A stretch of 64,000 nucleotides of DNA. It comes from the human T2T-CHM13v2.0 reference genome, Homo sapiens. The position numbers and the translations under genes were made by a program. Positions within the stretch are counted from its first letter, which is position 1. Each line of letters starts with the position of its first letter. This document shows positions 38,890 to 52,326 of the stretch, one piece after another. The DNA lies in assembly GCF_009914755.1 (NCBI RefSeq), contig NC_060928.1; one strand, 5' to 3'. The notes below the pieces were generated by a model that was not told where the DNA came from, ran no database searches, and saw only the letters and a program-made list of their open reading frames with translations.

Positions 38890-40930
38890 CATTCTCAGAA
38901 ACTTGTTTGTGATGTGTGTATTCAACTAACAGAGTTGAACTTTTGTTTTTACAGAGCCGTTTTAAAACACTCTTTTTGTGGAATCAGAAAGTGGATATTC
39001 GGATGGCTCTGAGGATTTCGTTGGAAGCGGGATTACATATAAAATCTAGAGAGAAGCATTCTCAGGAACTTCTTTGTGATGTTTGCATTGAAGTCACAGA
39101 ATTGAACATTCACTTTGATAGAGCAGGTTTGAAACACTCATTCTGTAGTATCTGGAAGTGGACATTTCAAGCGCTTTCAGGCCTATGGTGAGAAAGGAAA
39201 TATCTTCGAATAAAAACTAGACAGAAGCATCCTCAGAAACTTATTTGTGATGTGTGTCCTCAACTAACAGAGTTGAAACTTTGTTTTGATACAGCATTTT
39301 GGAAACACTCTTTTTGTAGAATCTGCAGGTGGATATTTGGATAGCTTAGAGGGATTCGTTGGAAAGGGGATATCTTCATATAAAATCTAGACAGAAGCAT
39401 TCTCAGAAACTTATTTGTGATGTGTGTCCTCAACTAACAGAGTTGAACCTTGGTTTTGATACAGCATTTTGGAAACACTCCTTTTGTAGAATCTGCAGGT
39501 GGATATGTGGATAGCTCTGAAGATTTCGTTGGAAACGGGAATTTCTTCATATAAAATCAAACAGAAGCATTCTCAGAAACTTCTCAGTGATGTTTGCATT
39601 CAGCTCATGGAGTTGAACACTTCCTTTCATAGAGCCGGTTTGAAACACTCTTTCTGCACTACCTGGAAGAGGACACTTCGAGCGCTTTGAGTCCTATGGT
39701 GAAAAAGGAAATATCTTCTCATAAAAACCAGAAAGAAGCATTCTCAGAAACTTCTTTGTGTTGTGTGTACTCATGTAACAGTGTTGAACCATCCTTTTGA
39801 CAGAGCAGTTTTGAAACACTCTTTTTGTAGAATCTGCAAGTGGATATTTGGATAGCTTTGAGGATTTCGTTGGAAACGGGATGACATATAATATCTAGAG
39901 AGAAGCATTCTCAGGAACTTCTTTGTGATGTTTGCATTCAAGTCACAGAATTGAACATTCCCTTTCATAGAGCAGGTTTGAAACACTCTTTCTCTAGTAT
40001 CTGGAAGTGGGCATTTCAAGCGCTTTCAGGCCTATGGAGAGAAAGGAAATACCTTCAAATAAAAACTAGACAGAAGCATTCTCAGAAACTTATTTGTGAT
40101 GTGTGTCCTCAACTAACAGAGTTGAACCTTTGTTTTGATACAGCATTTTGGAAACACTCCTTTTATAGAATCTGCAGGTGGATATTTGGATAAATTTGAA
40201 GATTTCGTTGGAAACCGGAATATCTTCATATAAAATCAAGACAGAAGCATTCTCGGAAACATCTCTGTGATGTTTACATTCCACTCATAGAGTTGAAAAC
40301 TTCCTTTCATAGAGCAGGTTTGAAACACTCTTTTTGTAATATTTGGAAGTGGACATTTGCAGCGCTTTGAGGCCTATGGTGAAAAAGGAAATATCTTCTC
40401 ATAAAAACCAGAAACAAGCATTCTCAGAAACTTCTTTTTGATGTGTGTACTCAAGTAACAGAGTTGAACCTTCCTTTTGACACAGCAGTTTTGAAACAAT
40501 CTTTTTGTAGAATCTGCAAGTGGATATTTGGATAGCTTTGAGGATTTCGTTGGAAACGGGTTATCTTCATATAAAATCTAGACAGAAGCATTCTCAGAAA
40601 CTTCTTTGTGCTGTATGTCCTCAATTAACAGAGTTGAACCATTGCTTGGATACAGCATTTTGGAAACATTCCTTGAGTAGAATCTGCAAGTTGATATTTA
40701 GATAGATTTGAAGATTTCGTTGGAAAAGGGAATATCTCCATATAAAATCTAGAGGGATGCATTCTCAGAAACTGCTTTGTGATGTTTCCATTCAAGTCAC
40801 AGAGTTGAATATTCCCTTTTATAGAGCACGTTTGAAACACTCTTTCTGCACTATCTGGAAGTGGACATTTCGAGCGCTTTGAGGCCTATGGTGAAAAAGG
40901 AAATATCTTCCCATAAAAACTAGACAGAAG
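38890..40930 (+). repeat. 12-mer variant HOR (2041 bp): m1-m8, m9/m16 hybrid, m17-m19
   Basis: Spacing 38916->40957 = 2041; m9 start CATTCTCGGAAACATCTC joins m16-type CCACTCATAGAGTTGAAAAC at ~40255-40282. Confidence 0.92.
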
Positions 40931-43900
40931 CATTCTCAGAAACTTGTTTGTGATGTGTGTATTCAACTAACAGAGTTGAACTTTTGTTTTTACAGAGCCG
41001 TTTTAAAACACTCTTTTTGTGGAATCAGAAAGTGGATATTCGGATGGCTCTGAGGATTTCGTTGGAAGCGGGATTACATATAAAATCTAGAGAGAAGCAT
41101 TCTCAGGAACTTCTTTGTGATGTTTGCATTGAAGTCACAGAATTGAACATTCACTTTGATAGAGCAGGTTTGAAACACTCATTCTGTAGTATCTGGAAGT
41201 GGACATTTCAAGCGCTTTCAGGCCTATGGTGAGAAAGGAAATATCTTCGAATAAAAACTAGACAGAAGCATCCTCAGAAACTTATTTGTGATGTGTGTCC
41301 TCAACTAACAGAGTTGAAACTTTGTTTTGATACAGCATTTTGGAAACACTCTTTTTGTAGAATCTGCAGGTGGATATTTGGATAGCTTAGAGGGATTCGT
41401 TGGAAAGGGGATATCTTCATATAAAATCTAGACAGAAGCATTCTCAGAAACTTATTTGTGATGTGTGTCCTCAACTAACAGAGTTGAACCTTGGTTTTGA
41501 TACAGCATTTTGGAAACACTCCTTTTGTAGAATCTGCAGGTGGATATGTGGATAGCTCTGAAGATTTCGTTGGAAACGGGAATTTCTTCATATAAAATCA
41601 AACAGAAGCATTCTCAGAAACTTCTCAGTGATGTTTGCATTCAGCTCATGGAGTTGAACACTTCCTTTCATAGAGCCGGTTTGAAACACTCTTTCTGCAA
41701 TACCTGGAAGAGGACATTTCGAGCGCTTTGAGTCCTATGGAGAAAAAGGAAATATCTTCTCATAGAAACCAGAAAGAAGCATTCTCAGAAACTTCTTTGT
41801 GTTGTGTGTACTCATGTAACAGTGTTGAACCATCCTTTTGACAGAGCAGTTTTGAAACACTCTTTTTGTAGAATCTGCAAGTGGATATTTGGATAGCTTA
41901 GAGGATTTCGTTGGAAACGGGATGACATATAATATCTAGAGAGAAGCATTCTCAGGAACTTCTTTGTGATGTTTGCATTCAAGTCACAGAATTGAACATT
42001 CCCTTTCATAGAGCAGGTTTGAAACACTCTTTCTCTAGTATCTGGAAGTGGGCATTTCAAGCGCTTTCAGGCCTATGGAGAGAAAGGAAATACCTTCAAA
42101 TAAAAACTAGACAGAAGCATTCTCAGAAACTTATTTGTGATGTGTGTCCTCAACTAACAGAGTTGAACCTTTGTTTTGATACAGCATTTTGGAAACACTC
42201 CTTTTGTAGAATCTGCAGGTGGATATTTGGATAACTTTGAAGATTTCGTTGGAAACCGGAATATCTTCATATAAAATCAAGACAGAAGCATTCTCGGAAA
42301 CATCTCTGTGATGTTTGCATTCAACTCAGTAGAGTTGAACACTTCCTTTCATAGAGCAGGTTTGAAACACTCTTTCTGCACTACCTGGAAGCGGACGTTT
42401 CGAGCGCTTTGAGGCCTATGGTGAAAAAGGAAATATCTTCTCATAAAAACCAGAAAGAAGCATTCTCAGAAACTTCTTTGTGTTGTGTGTACTCAAGTAA
42501 CAGTGTTGAACCTTCCTTTTGACACAGCAGTTTTGAAACACTCTTTTGGTAGAATCTGCAAGTGGATATTTGGATAGCTTTGAGGATTTCGTTGGAAACG
42601 GGTTATCTTCATATAAAATCCAGACAGGAGCATTCTCAGAAACTTCTTTGTGCTGCATGTCCTCAATTCACAGAGCAGAACCTTTGTTTGGATACAGCAT
42701 TTTGGAGACATTCCTTTAGTAGAATCTGCAAGTTGATATTTAGATAGCTTTGAAGATTTCGTTGGAAACGGGAATATCTTCATAGAAAATCTAGACGGAA
42801 GCATTCTCAGAAACTGCTTTGTGATGTTTGCATTCAAGTCACAGAGTTGAATATTCCCTTTTATAGAGTAGGTTTGAAACACTCTTTTGGCACTACCTGG
42901 AAGTGGATATTTCGAGCTCTTTGAGGCCTATGGTTAAAAGGAAATATCTTCCCATAAAAACTAGACAGAAGCCATCTCAGAAACTTGTTTGTGATGTGTG
43001 TATTCAACTAACAGAGGTGAACATTTCTGTTACAGAGCAATTTTAAAACACTCTTTTTGTGGAATCTGAAAGTGGATAATTGGATAGCTTTGTGGATTTC
43101 GTTGGAAACGGGATGACGTATAAAATCTAGAGAGAAGCATTCTCAGGAACTTCTTTCTGATGTTTGCATTCAAGTCACAGAATTGAACATTCCTTTTCAT
43201 AGTGCAGGTTTGAAACACTCTTTCTGTAGTATCTGGAAGTGGACATTTCAAGCGCTTTCAGGCCTACGGGGAGAAAGGAAATATCTTCAAATAAAAACTA
43301 GACAGAAGGATTCTCAGAAACTTATTTGTGATGTGTGTCCTAAACGAACACAGTTGAACCTTTGTTTTGATACAGCATTTTGGAAACACTCCTTTTGTAG
43401 GATCTGCAGGTGGATATTTGGATAGATTTTAAGATTTCGTTGGAAACGGGAGTTTCTTCATAGAAACTCAAGACAGATGCATTCTCAGAAACATCTCTGT
43501 GATGTTTGCATTCCACTCATAGAGTTGAAAACTTCCTTTCATAGAGCAGGTTTGAAACACTCTTTTTGTAATATTTGGAAGTGGACATTTGCAGCGCTTT
43601 GAGGCCTATGGTGAAAAAGGAAATATCTTCTCATAAAAACCAGAAACAAGCATTCTCAGAAACTTCTTTTTGATGTGTGTACTCAAGTAACAGAGTTGAA
43701 CCTTCCTTTTGACACAGCAGTTTTGAAACAATCTTTTTGTAGAATCTGCAAGTGGATATTTGGATAGCTTTGAGGATTTCGTTGGAAACGGGATATCTTC
43801 ATATAAAATCTAGACAGAAGCATTCTCAGAAATTTCTTTGTGCTGTATGTCCTCAATTAACAGAGTTGAACCATTGCTTGGATACAGCATTTTGGAAACA

Positions 43901-44162
43901 TTCCTTGAGTAGAATCTGCAAGTTGATATTTAGATAGATTTGAAGATTTCGTTGGAAAAGGGAATATCTCCATATAAAATCTAGAGGGAAGCATTCTCAG
44001 AAACTGCTTTGTGATGTTTCCATTCAAGTCACAGAGTTGAATATTCCCTTTTATAGAGCACGTTTGAAACACTCTTTCTGCACTATCTGGAAGTGGACAT
44101 TTCGAGCGCTTTGAGGCCTATGGTGAAAAAGGAAATATCTTCCCATAAAAACTAGACAGAAG
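40931..44162 (+). repeat. Canonical 19-mer HOR copy
   Basis: Spacing 40957->44189 = 3232. Confidence 0.95.
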
Positions 44163-47100
44163 CATTCTCAGAAACTTGTTTGTGATGTGTGTATTCAACT
44201 AACAGAGTTGAACTTTTGTTTTTACAGAGCCGTTTTAAAACACTCTTTTTGTGGAATCAGAAAGTGGATATTCGGATGGCTCTGAGGATTTCGTTGGAAG
44301 CGGGATTACATATAAAATCTAGAGAGAAGCATTCTCAGGAACTTCTTTGTGATGTTTGCATTGAAGTCACAGAATTGAACATTCACTTTGATAGAGCAGG
44401 TTTGAAACACTCATTCTGTAGTATCTGGAAGTGGACATTTCAAGCGCTTTCAGGCCTATGGTGAGAAAGGAAATATCTTCGAATAAAAACTAGACAGAAG
44501 CATCCTCAGAAACTTATTTGTGATGTGTGTCCTCAACTAACAGAGTTGAAACTTTGTTTTGATACAGCATTTTGGAAACACTCTTTTTGTAGAATCTGCA
44601 GGTGGATATTTGGATAGCTTAGAGGGATTCGTTGGAAAGGGGATATCTTCATATAAAATCTAGACAGAAGCATTCTCAGAAACTTATTTGTGATGTGTGT
44701 CCTCAACTAACAGAGTTGAACCTTGGTTTTGATACAGCATTTTGGAAACACTCCTTTTGTAGAATCTGCAGGTGGATATGTGGATAGCTCTGAAGATTTC
44801 GTTGGAAACGGGAATTTCTTCATATAAAATCAAACAGAAGCATTCTCAGAAACTTCTCACTGATGTTTGCATTCAGCTCATGGAGTTGAACACTTCCTTT
44901 CATAGAGCCGGTTTGAAACACTCTTTCTGCACTACCTGGAAGAAGACATTTCGAGCGCTTTGAGTCCTATGGTGAAAAAGGAAATATCTTCTCATAAAAA
45001 CCAGAAAGAAGCATTCTCAGAAACTTCTTTGTGTTGTGTGTACTCAAGTAACAGTGTTGAACCTTCCTTTTGACACAGCAGTTTTGAAACACTCTTTTTG
45101 TAGAATCTGCAAGTGGATATTTGGATAGCTTTGAGGATTTCGTTGGAAACGGGTTATCTTCATATAAAATCCAGACAGGAGCATTCTCAGAAACTTCTTT
45201 GTGCTGCATGTCCTCAATTCACAGAGCTGAACCATTGTTTGGAAACAGCATTTTGGAAACATTCCTTTAGTAGAATCTGCAAGTTGATATTTAGATAGCT
45301 TTGAAGATTTCGTTGGAAACGGGAATATCTTCATAGAAAATCTAGACGGAAGCATTCTCAGAAACTGCTTTGTGATGTTTGCATTCAAGTCACAGAGTTG
45401 AATATTCCCTTTTATAGAGTAGGTTTGAAACACTCTTTTGGCACTACCTGGAAGTGGATATTTCGAGCTCTTTGAGGCCTATGGTTAAAAGGAAATATCT
45501 TCCCATAAAAACTAGACAGAAGCCGTCTCAGAAACTTGTTTGTGATGTGTGTATTCAACTAACAGAGTTGAACATTTCTGTTACAGAGCAATTTTAAAAC
45601 ACTCTTTTTGTGGAATCTGAAAGTGGATAATTGGATAGCTTTGTGGATTTCGTTGGAAACGGGATGACGTATAAAATCTAGAGAGAAGCATTCTCAGGAA
45701 CTTCTTTCTGATGTTTGCATTCAAGTCACAGAATTGAACATTCCTTTTCATAGTGCAGGTTTGAAACACTCTTTCTGTAGTATCTGGAAGTGGACATTTC
45801 AAGCGCTTTCAGGCCTACGGGGAGAAAGGAAATATCTTCAAATAAAAACTAGACAGAAGGATTCTCAGAAACTTATTTGTGATGTGTGTCCTAAACGAAC
45901 ACAGTTGAACCTTTGTTTTGATACAGCATTTTGGAAACACTCCTTTTGTAGGATCTGCAGGTGGATATTTGGATAGATTTTAAGATTTCGTTGGAAACGG
46001 GAGTTTCTTCATAGAAACTCAAGACAGATGCATTCTCAGAAACATCTCTGTGATGTTTGCATTCCACTCATAGAGTTGAAAACTTCCTTTCATAGAGCAG
46101 GTTTGAAACACTCTTTTTGTAATATTTGGAAGTGGACATTTGCAGCGCTTTGAGGCCTATGGTGAAAAAGGAAATATCTTCTCATAAAAACCAGAAACAA
46201 GCATTCTCAGAAACTTCTTTTTGATGTGTGTACTCAAGTAACAGAGTTGAACCTTCCTTTTGACACAGCAGTTTTGAAACAATCTTTTTGTAGAATCTGC
46301 AAGTGGATATTTGGATAGCTTTGAGGATTTCGTTGGAAACGGGATATCTTCATATAAAATCTAGACAGAAGCATTCTCAGAAACTTCTTTGTGCTGTATG
46401 TCCTCAATTAACAGAGTTGAACCATTGCTTGGATACAGCATTTTGGAAACATTCCTTGAGTAGAATCTGCAAGTTGATATTTAGATAGATTTGAAGATTT
46501 CGTTGGAAACGGGAATATCTCCATGGAAAATCTAGAGGGAAGCATTCTCAGAAACTGCTTTGTGATGTTTCCATTCAAGTCAGAGAGTTGAATATTCCCT
46601 TTTATAGAGCACGTTTGAAACACTCTTTCTGCACTATCTGGAAGTGGACATTTCGAGCGCTTTGAGGCCTATGGTGAAAAAGGAAATATCTTCCCATAAA
46701 AACTAGACAGAAGCATTCTCAGAAACTTGTTTGTGATGTGTGTATTCAACTAACAGAGTTGAACTTTTGTTTTTACAGAGCCGTTTTAAAACACTCTTTT
46801 TGTGGAATCAGAAAGTGGATATTCGGATGGCTCTGAGGATTTCGTTGGAAGCGGGATTACATATAAAATCTAGAGAGAAGCATTCTCAGGAACTTCTTTG
46901 TGATGTTTGCATTGAAGTCACAGAATTGAACATTCACTTTGATAGAGCAGGTTTGAAACACTCATTCTGTAGTATCTGGAAGTGGACATTTCAAGCGCTT
47001 TCAGGCCTATGGTGAGAAAGGAAATATCTTCGAATAAAAACTAGACAGAAGCATCCTCAGAAACTTATTTGTGATGTGTGTCCTCAACTAACAGAGTTGA

Positions 47101-49264
47101 AACTTTGTTTTGATACAGCATTTTGGAAACACTCTTTTTGTAGAATCTGCAGGTGGATATTTGGATAGCTTAGAGGGATTCGTTGGAAAGGGGATATCTT
47201 CATATAAAATCTAGACAGAAGCATTCTCAGAAACTTATTTGTGATGTGTGTCCTCAACTAACAGAGTTGAACCTTGGTTTTGATACAGCATTTTGGAAAC
47301 ACTCCTTTTGTAGAATCTGCAGGTGGATATGTGGATAGCTCTGAAGATTTCGTTGGAAACGGGAATTTCTTCATATAAAATCAAACAGAAGCATTCTCAG
47401 AAACTTCTCAGTGATGTTTGCATTCAGCTCATGGAGTTGAACACTTCCTTTCATAGAGCCGGTTTGAAACACTCTTTCTGCACTACCTGGAAGAGGACAT
47501 TTCGAGCGCTTTGAGTCCTATGGTGAAAAAGGAAATATCTTCTCATAAAAACCAGAAAGAAGCATTCTCAGAAACTTCTTTGTGTTGTGTGTACTCATGT
47601 AACAGTGTTGAACCATCCTTTTGACAGAGCAGTTTTGAAACACTCTTTTGGTAGAATCTGCAAGTGGATATTTGGATAGCTTTGAGGATTTCGTTGGAAA
47701 CGGGTTATCTTCATATAAAATCCAGACAGGAGCATTCTCAGAAACTTCTTTGTGCTGCATGTCCTCAATTCACAGAGCTGAACCTTTGTTTGGATACAGC
47801 ATTTTGGAAACATTCCTTTAGTAGAATCTGCAAGTTGATATTTAGATAGCTTTGAAGATTTCGTTGGAAACGGGAATATCTTCATAGAAAATCTAGACGG
47901 AAGCATTCTCAGAAACTGCTTTGTGATGTTTGCATTCAAGTCACAGAGTTGAATATTCCCTTTTATAGAGTAGGTTTGAAACACTCTTTTGGCACTACCT
48001 GGAAGTGGATATTTCGAGCTCTTTGAGGCCTATGGTTAAAAAGAAATATCTTCCCATAAAAACTAGACAGAAGCCGTCTCAGAAACTTGTTTGTGATGTG
48101 TGTATTCAACTAACAGAGTTGAACATTTCTGTTACAGAGCAATTTTAAAACACTCTTTTTGTGGAATCTGAAAGTGGATAATTGGATAGCTTTGTGGATT
48201 TCGTTGGAAACGGGATGACGTATAAAATCTAGAGAGAAGCATTCTCAGGAACTTCTTTCTGATGTTTGCATTCAAGTCACAGAATTGAACATTCCTTTTC
48301 ATAGTGCAGGTTTGAAACACTCTTTCTGTAGTATCTGGAAGTGGACATTTCAAGCGCTTTCAGGCCTACGGGGAGAAAGGAAATATCTTCAAATAAAAAC
48401 TAGACAGAAGGATTCTCAGAAACTTATTTGTGATGTGTGTCCTAAACGAACACAGTTGAACCTTTGTTTTGATACAGCATTTTGGAAACACTCCTTTTGT
48501 AGGATCTGCAGGTGGATATTTGGATAGATTTTAAGATTTCGTTGGAAACGGGAGTTTCTTCATAGAAACTCAAGACAGATGCATTCTCAGAAACATCTCT
48601 GTGATGTTTGCATTCCACTCATAGAGTTGAAAACTTCCTTTCATAGAGCAGGTTTGAAACACTCTTTTTGTAATATTTGGAAGTGGACATTTGCAGCGCT
48701 TTGAGGCCTATGGTGAAAAAGGAAATATCTTCTCATAAAAACCAGAAACAAGCATTCTCAGAAACTTCTTTTTGATGTGTGTACTCAAGTAACAGAGTTG
48801 AACCTTCCTTTTGACACAGCAGTTTTGAAACAATCTTTTTGTAGAATCTGCAAGTGGATATTTGGATAGCTTTGAGGATTTCGTTGGAAACGGGATATCT
48901 TCATATAAAATCTAGACAGAAGCATTCTCAGAAACTTCTTTGTGCTGTATGTCCTCAATTAACAGAGTTGAACCATTGCTTGGATACAGCATTTTGGAAA
49001 CATTCCTTGAGTAGAATCTGCAAGTTGATATTTAGATAGATTTGAAGATTTCGTTGGAAAAGGGAATATCTCCATATAAAATCTAGAGGGAAGCATTCTC
49101 AGAAACTGCTTTGTGATGTTTCCATTCAAGTCACAGAGTTGAATATTCCCTTTTATAGAGCACGTTTGAAACACTCTTTCTGCACTATCTGGAAGTGGAC
49201 ATTTCGAGCGCTTTGAGGCCTATGGTGAAAAAGGAAATATCTTCCCATAAAAACTAGACAGAAG
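44163..49264 (+). repeat. Two consecutive 15-mer variant HORs (starts 44163, 46714; 2551 bp each)
   Basis: Marker ORF at 44189, 46740, 49291. Confidence 0.92.
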
Positions 49265-52200
49265 CATTCTCAGAAACTTGTTTGTGATGTGTGTATTCAA
49301 CTAACAGAGTTGAACTTTTGTTTTTACAGAGCCGTTTTAAAACACTCTTTTTGTGGAATCAGAAAGTGGATATTCGGATGGCTCTGAGGATTTCGTTGGA
49401 AGCGGGATTACATATAAAATCTAGAGAGAAGCATTCTCAGGAACTTCTTTGTGATGTTTGCATTGAAGTCACAGAATTGAACATTCACTTTGATAGAGCA
49501 GGTTTGAAACACTCATTCTGTAGTATCTGGAAGTGGACATTTCAAGCGCTTTCAGGCCCATGGTGAGAAAGGAAATATCTTCGAATAAAAACTAGACAGA
49601 AGCATTCTCAGAAACTTATTTGTGATGTGTGTCCTCAACTAACAGAGTTGAAACTTTGTTTTGATACAGCATTTTGGAAACACTGTTTTTGTAGAATCTG
49701 CAGGTGGATATGTGGATAGCTCTGAAGATTTCGTTGGAAACGGGAATTTCTTCATATAAAATCAAACAGAAGCATTCTCAGAAACTTCTCAGTGATGTTT
49801 GCTTTCAGCTCATGGAGTTGAACACTTCCTTTCATAGAGCCGGTTTGAAACACTCTTTCTGCACTACCTGGAAGAGGACATTTCGAGCGCTTTGAGTCCT
49901 ATGGTGAAAAAGGAAATATCTTCTCATAAAAACCAGAAAGAAGCATTCTCAGAAACTTCTTTGTGTTGTGTGTACTCATGTAACAGTGTTGAACCATCCT
50001 TTTGACAGAGCAGTTTTGAAACACTCTTTTTGTAGAATCTGCAAGTGGATATTTGGATAGATTTGAGGATTTCGTTGGAAACGGGATGACATATAATATC
50101 TAGAGAGAAGCATTCTCAGGAACTTCTTTGTGATGTTTGCATTCAAGTCACAGAATTGAACATTCCCTTTCATAGAGCAGGTTTGAAACACTCTTTCTCT
50201 AGTATCTGGAAGTGGGCATTTCAAGCGCTTTCAGGCCTATGGAGAGAAAGGAAATACCTTCAAATAAAAACTAGACAGAAGCATTCTCAGAAACTTATTT
50301 GTGATGTGTGTCCTCAACTAACAGAGTTGAACCTTTGTTTTGATACAACATTTTGGAAACAGTCCTTTTGTAGAATCTGCAGGTGGATATTTGGATAGCT
50401 TTGAAGATTTCGTTGGAAACCGGAATATCTTCATATAAAATCAAGACAGAAGCATTCTCGGAAACATCTCTGTGATGTTTGCATTCAACTCAGTAGAGTT
50501 GAACACTTCCTTTCATAGAGCCGGTTTGAAACACTCTTTCTGCACTACCTGGAAGCGGACATTTCGAGCGCTTTGAGGCCTATGGTGAAAAAGGAAATAG
50601 CTTCTCATAAAAACCAGAAAGAAGCATTCTCAGAAACTTCTTTGTGTTGTGTGTACTCAAGTAACAGTGTTGAACCTTCCTTTTGACACAGCAGTTTTGA
50701 AACACTCTTTTGGTAGAATCTGCAAGTGGATATTTGGATAGCTTTGAGGATTTCGTTGGAAACGGGTTATCTTCATATAAAATCCAGACAGGAGCATTCT
50801 CAGAAACTTCTTTGTGCTGCATGTCCTCAATTCACAGAGCTGAACCTTTGTTTGGATACAGCATTTTGGAAACATTCCTTTAGTAGAATCTTCAAGTTGA
50901 TATTTAGATAGCTTTGAAGATTTCGTTGGAAACGGGAATATCTTCATAGAAAATCTAGACGGAAGCATTCTCAGAAACTGCTTTGTGATGTTTGCATTCA
51001 AGTCACAGAGTTGAATATTCCCTTTTATAGAGTAGGTTTGAAACACTCTTTTGGCACTACCTGGAAGTGGATATTTCGAGCTCTTTGAGGCCTATGGTTA
51101 AAAGGAAATATCTTCCCATAAAAACTAGACAGAAGCCGTCTCAGAAACTTGTTTGTGATGTGTGTATTCAACTAACAGAGTTGAACATTTCTGTTACAGA
51201 GCAATTTTAAAACACTCTTTTTGTGGAATCTGAAAGTGGATAATTGGATAGCTTTGTGGATTTCGTTGGAAACGGGATGACGTATAAAATCTAGAGAGAA
51301 GCATTCTCAGGAACTTCTTTCTGATGTTTGCATTCAAGTCACAGAATTGAACATTCCTTTTCATAGTGCAGGTTTGAAACACTCTTTCTGTAGTATCTGG
51401 AAGTGGACATTTCAAGCGCTTTCAGGCCTACGGGGAGAAAGGAAATATCTTCAAATAAAAACTAGACAGAAGGCTTCTCAGAAACTTATTTGTGATGTGT
51501 GTCCTAAACGAACACAGTTGAACCTTTGTTTTGATACAGCATTTTGGAAACACTCCTTTTGTAGGATCTGCAGGTGGATATTTGGATAGATTTTAAGATT
51601 TCGTTGGAAACGGGAGTTTCTTCATAGAAACTCAAGACAGATGCATTCTCAGAAACATCTCTGTGATGTTTGCATTCCACTCATAGAGTTGAAAACTTCC
51701 TTTCATAGAGCAGGTTTGAAACACTCTTTTTGTAATATTTGGAAGTGGACATTTGCAGCGCTTTGAGGCCTATGGTGAAAAAGGAAATATCTTCTCATAA
51801 AAACCAGAAACAAGCATTCTCAGAAACTTCTTTTTGATGTGTGTACTCAAGTAACAGAGTTGAACCTTCCTTTTGACACAGCAGTTTTGAAACAATCTTT
51901 TTGTAGAATCTGCAAGTGGATATTTGGATAGCTTTGAGGATTTCGTTGGAAACGGGATATCTTCATATAAAATCTAGACAGAAGCATTCTCAGAAACTTC
52001 TTTGTGCTGTATGTCCTCAATTAACAGAGTTGAACCATTGCTTGGATACAGCATTTTGGAAACATTCCTGGAGTAGAATCTGCAAGTTGATATTTAGATA
52101 GATTTGAAGATTTCGTTGGAAAAGGGAATATCTCCATATAAAATCTAGAGGGAAGCATTCTCAGAAACTGCTTTGTGATGTTTCCATTCAAGTCACAGAG

Positions 52201-52326
52201 TTGAATATTCCCTTTTATAGAGCACGTTTGAAACACTCTTTCTGCACTATCTGGAAGTGGACATTTCGAGCGCTTTGAGGCCTATGGTGAAAAAGGAAAT
52301 ATCTTCCCATAAAAACTAGACAGAAG
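49265..52326 (+). repeat. 18-mer variant HOR (3062 bp): m3 and m4 fused into one monomer
   Basis: Spacing 49291->52353 = 3062; a single monomer at ~49603-49772 has m3-type GAAACTTTG and m4-type GGATATGTGG. Confidence 0.92.
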
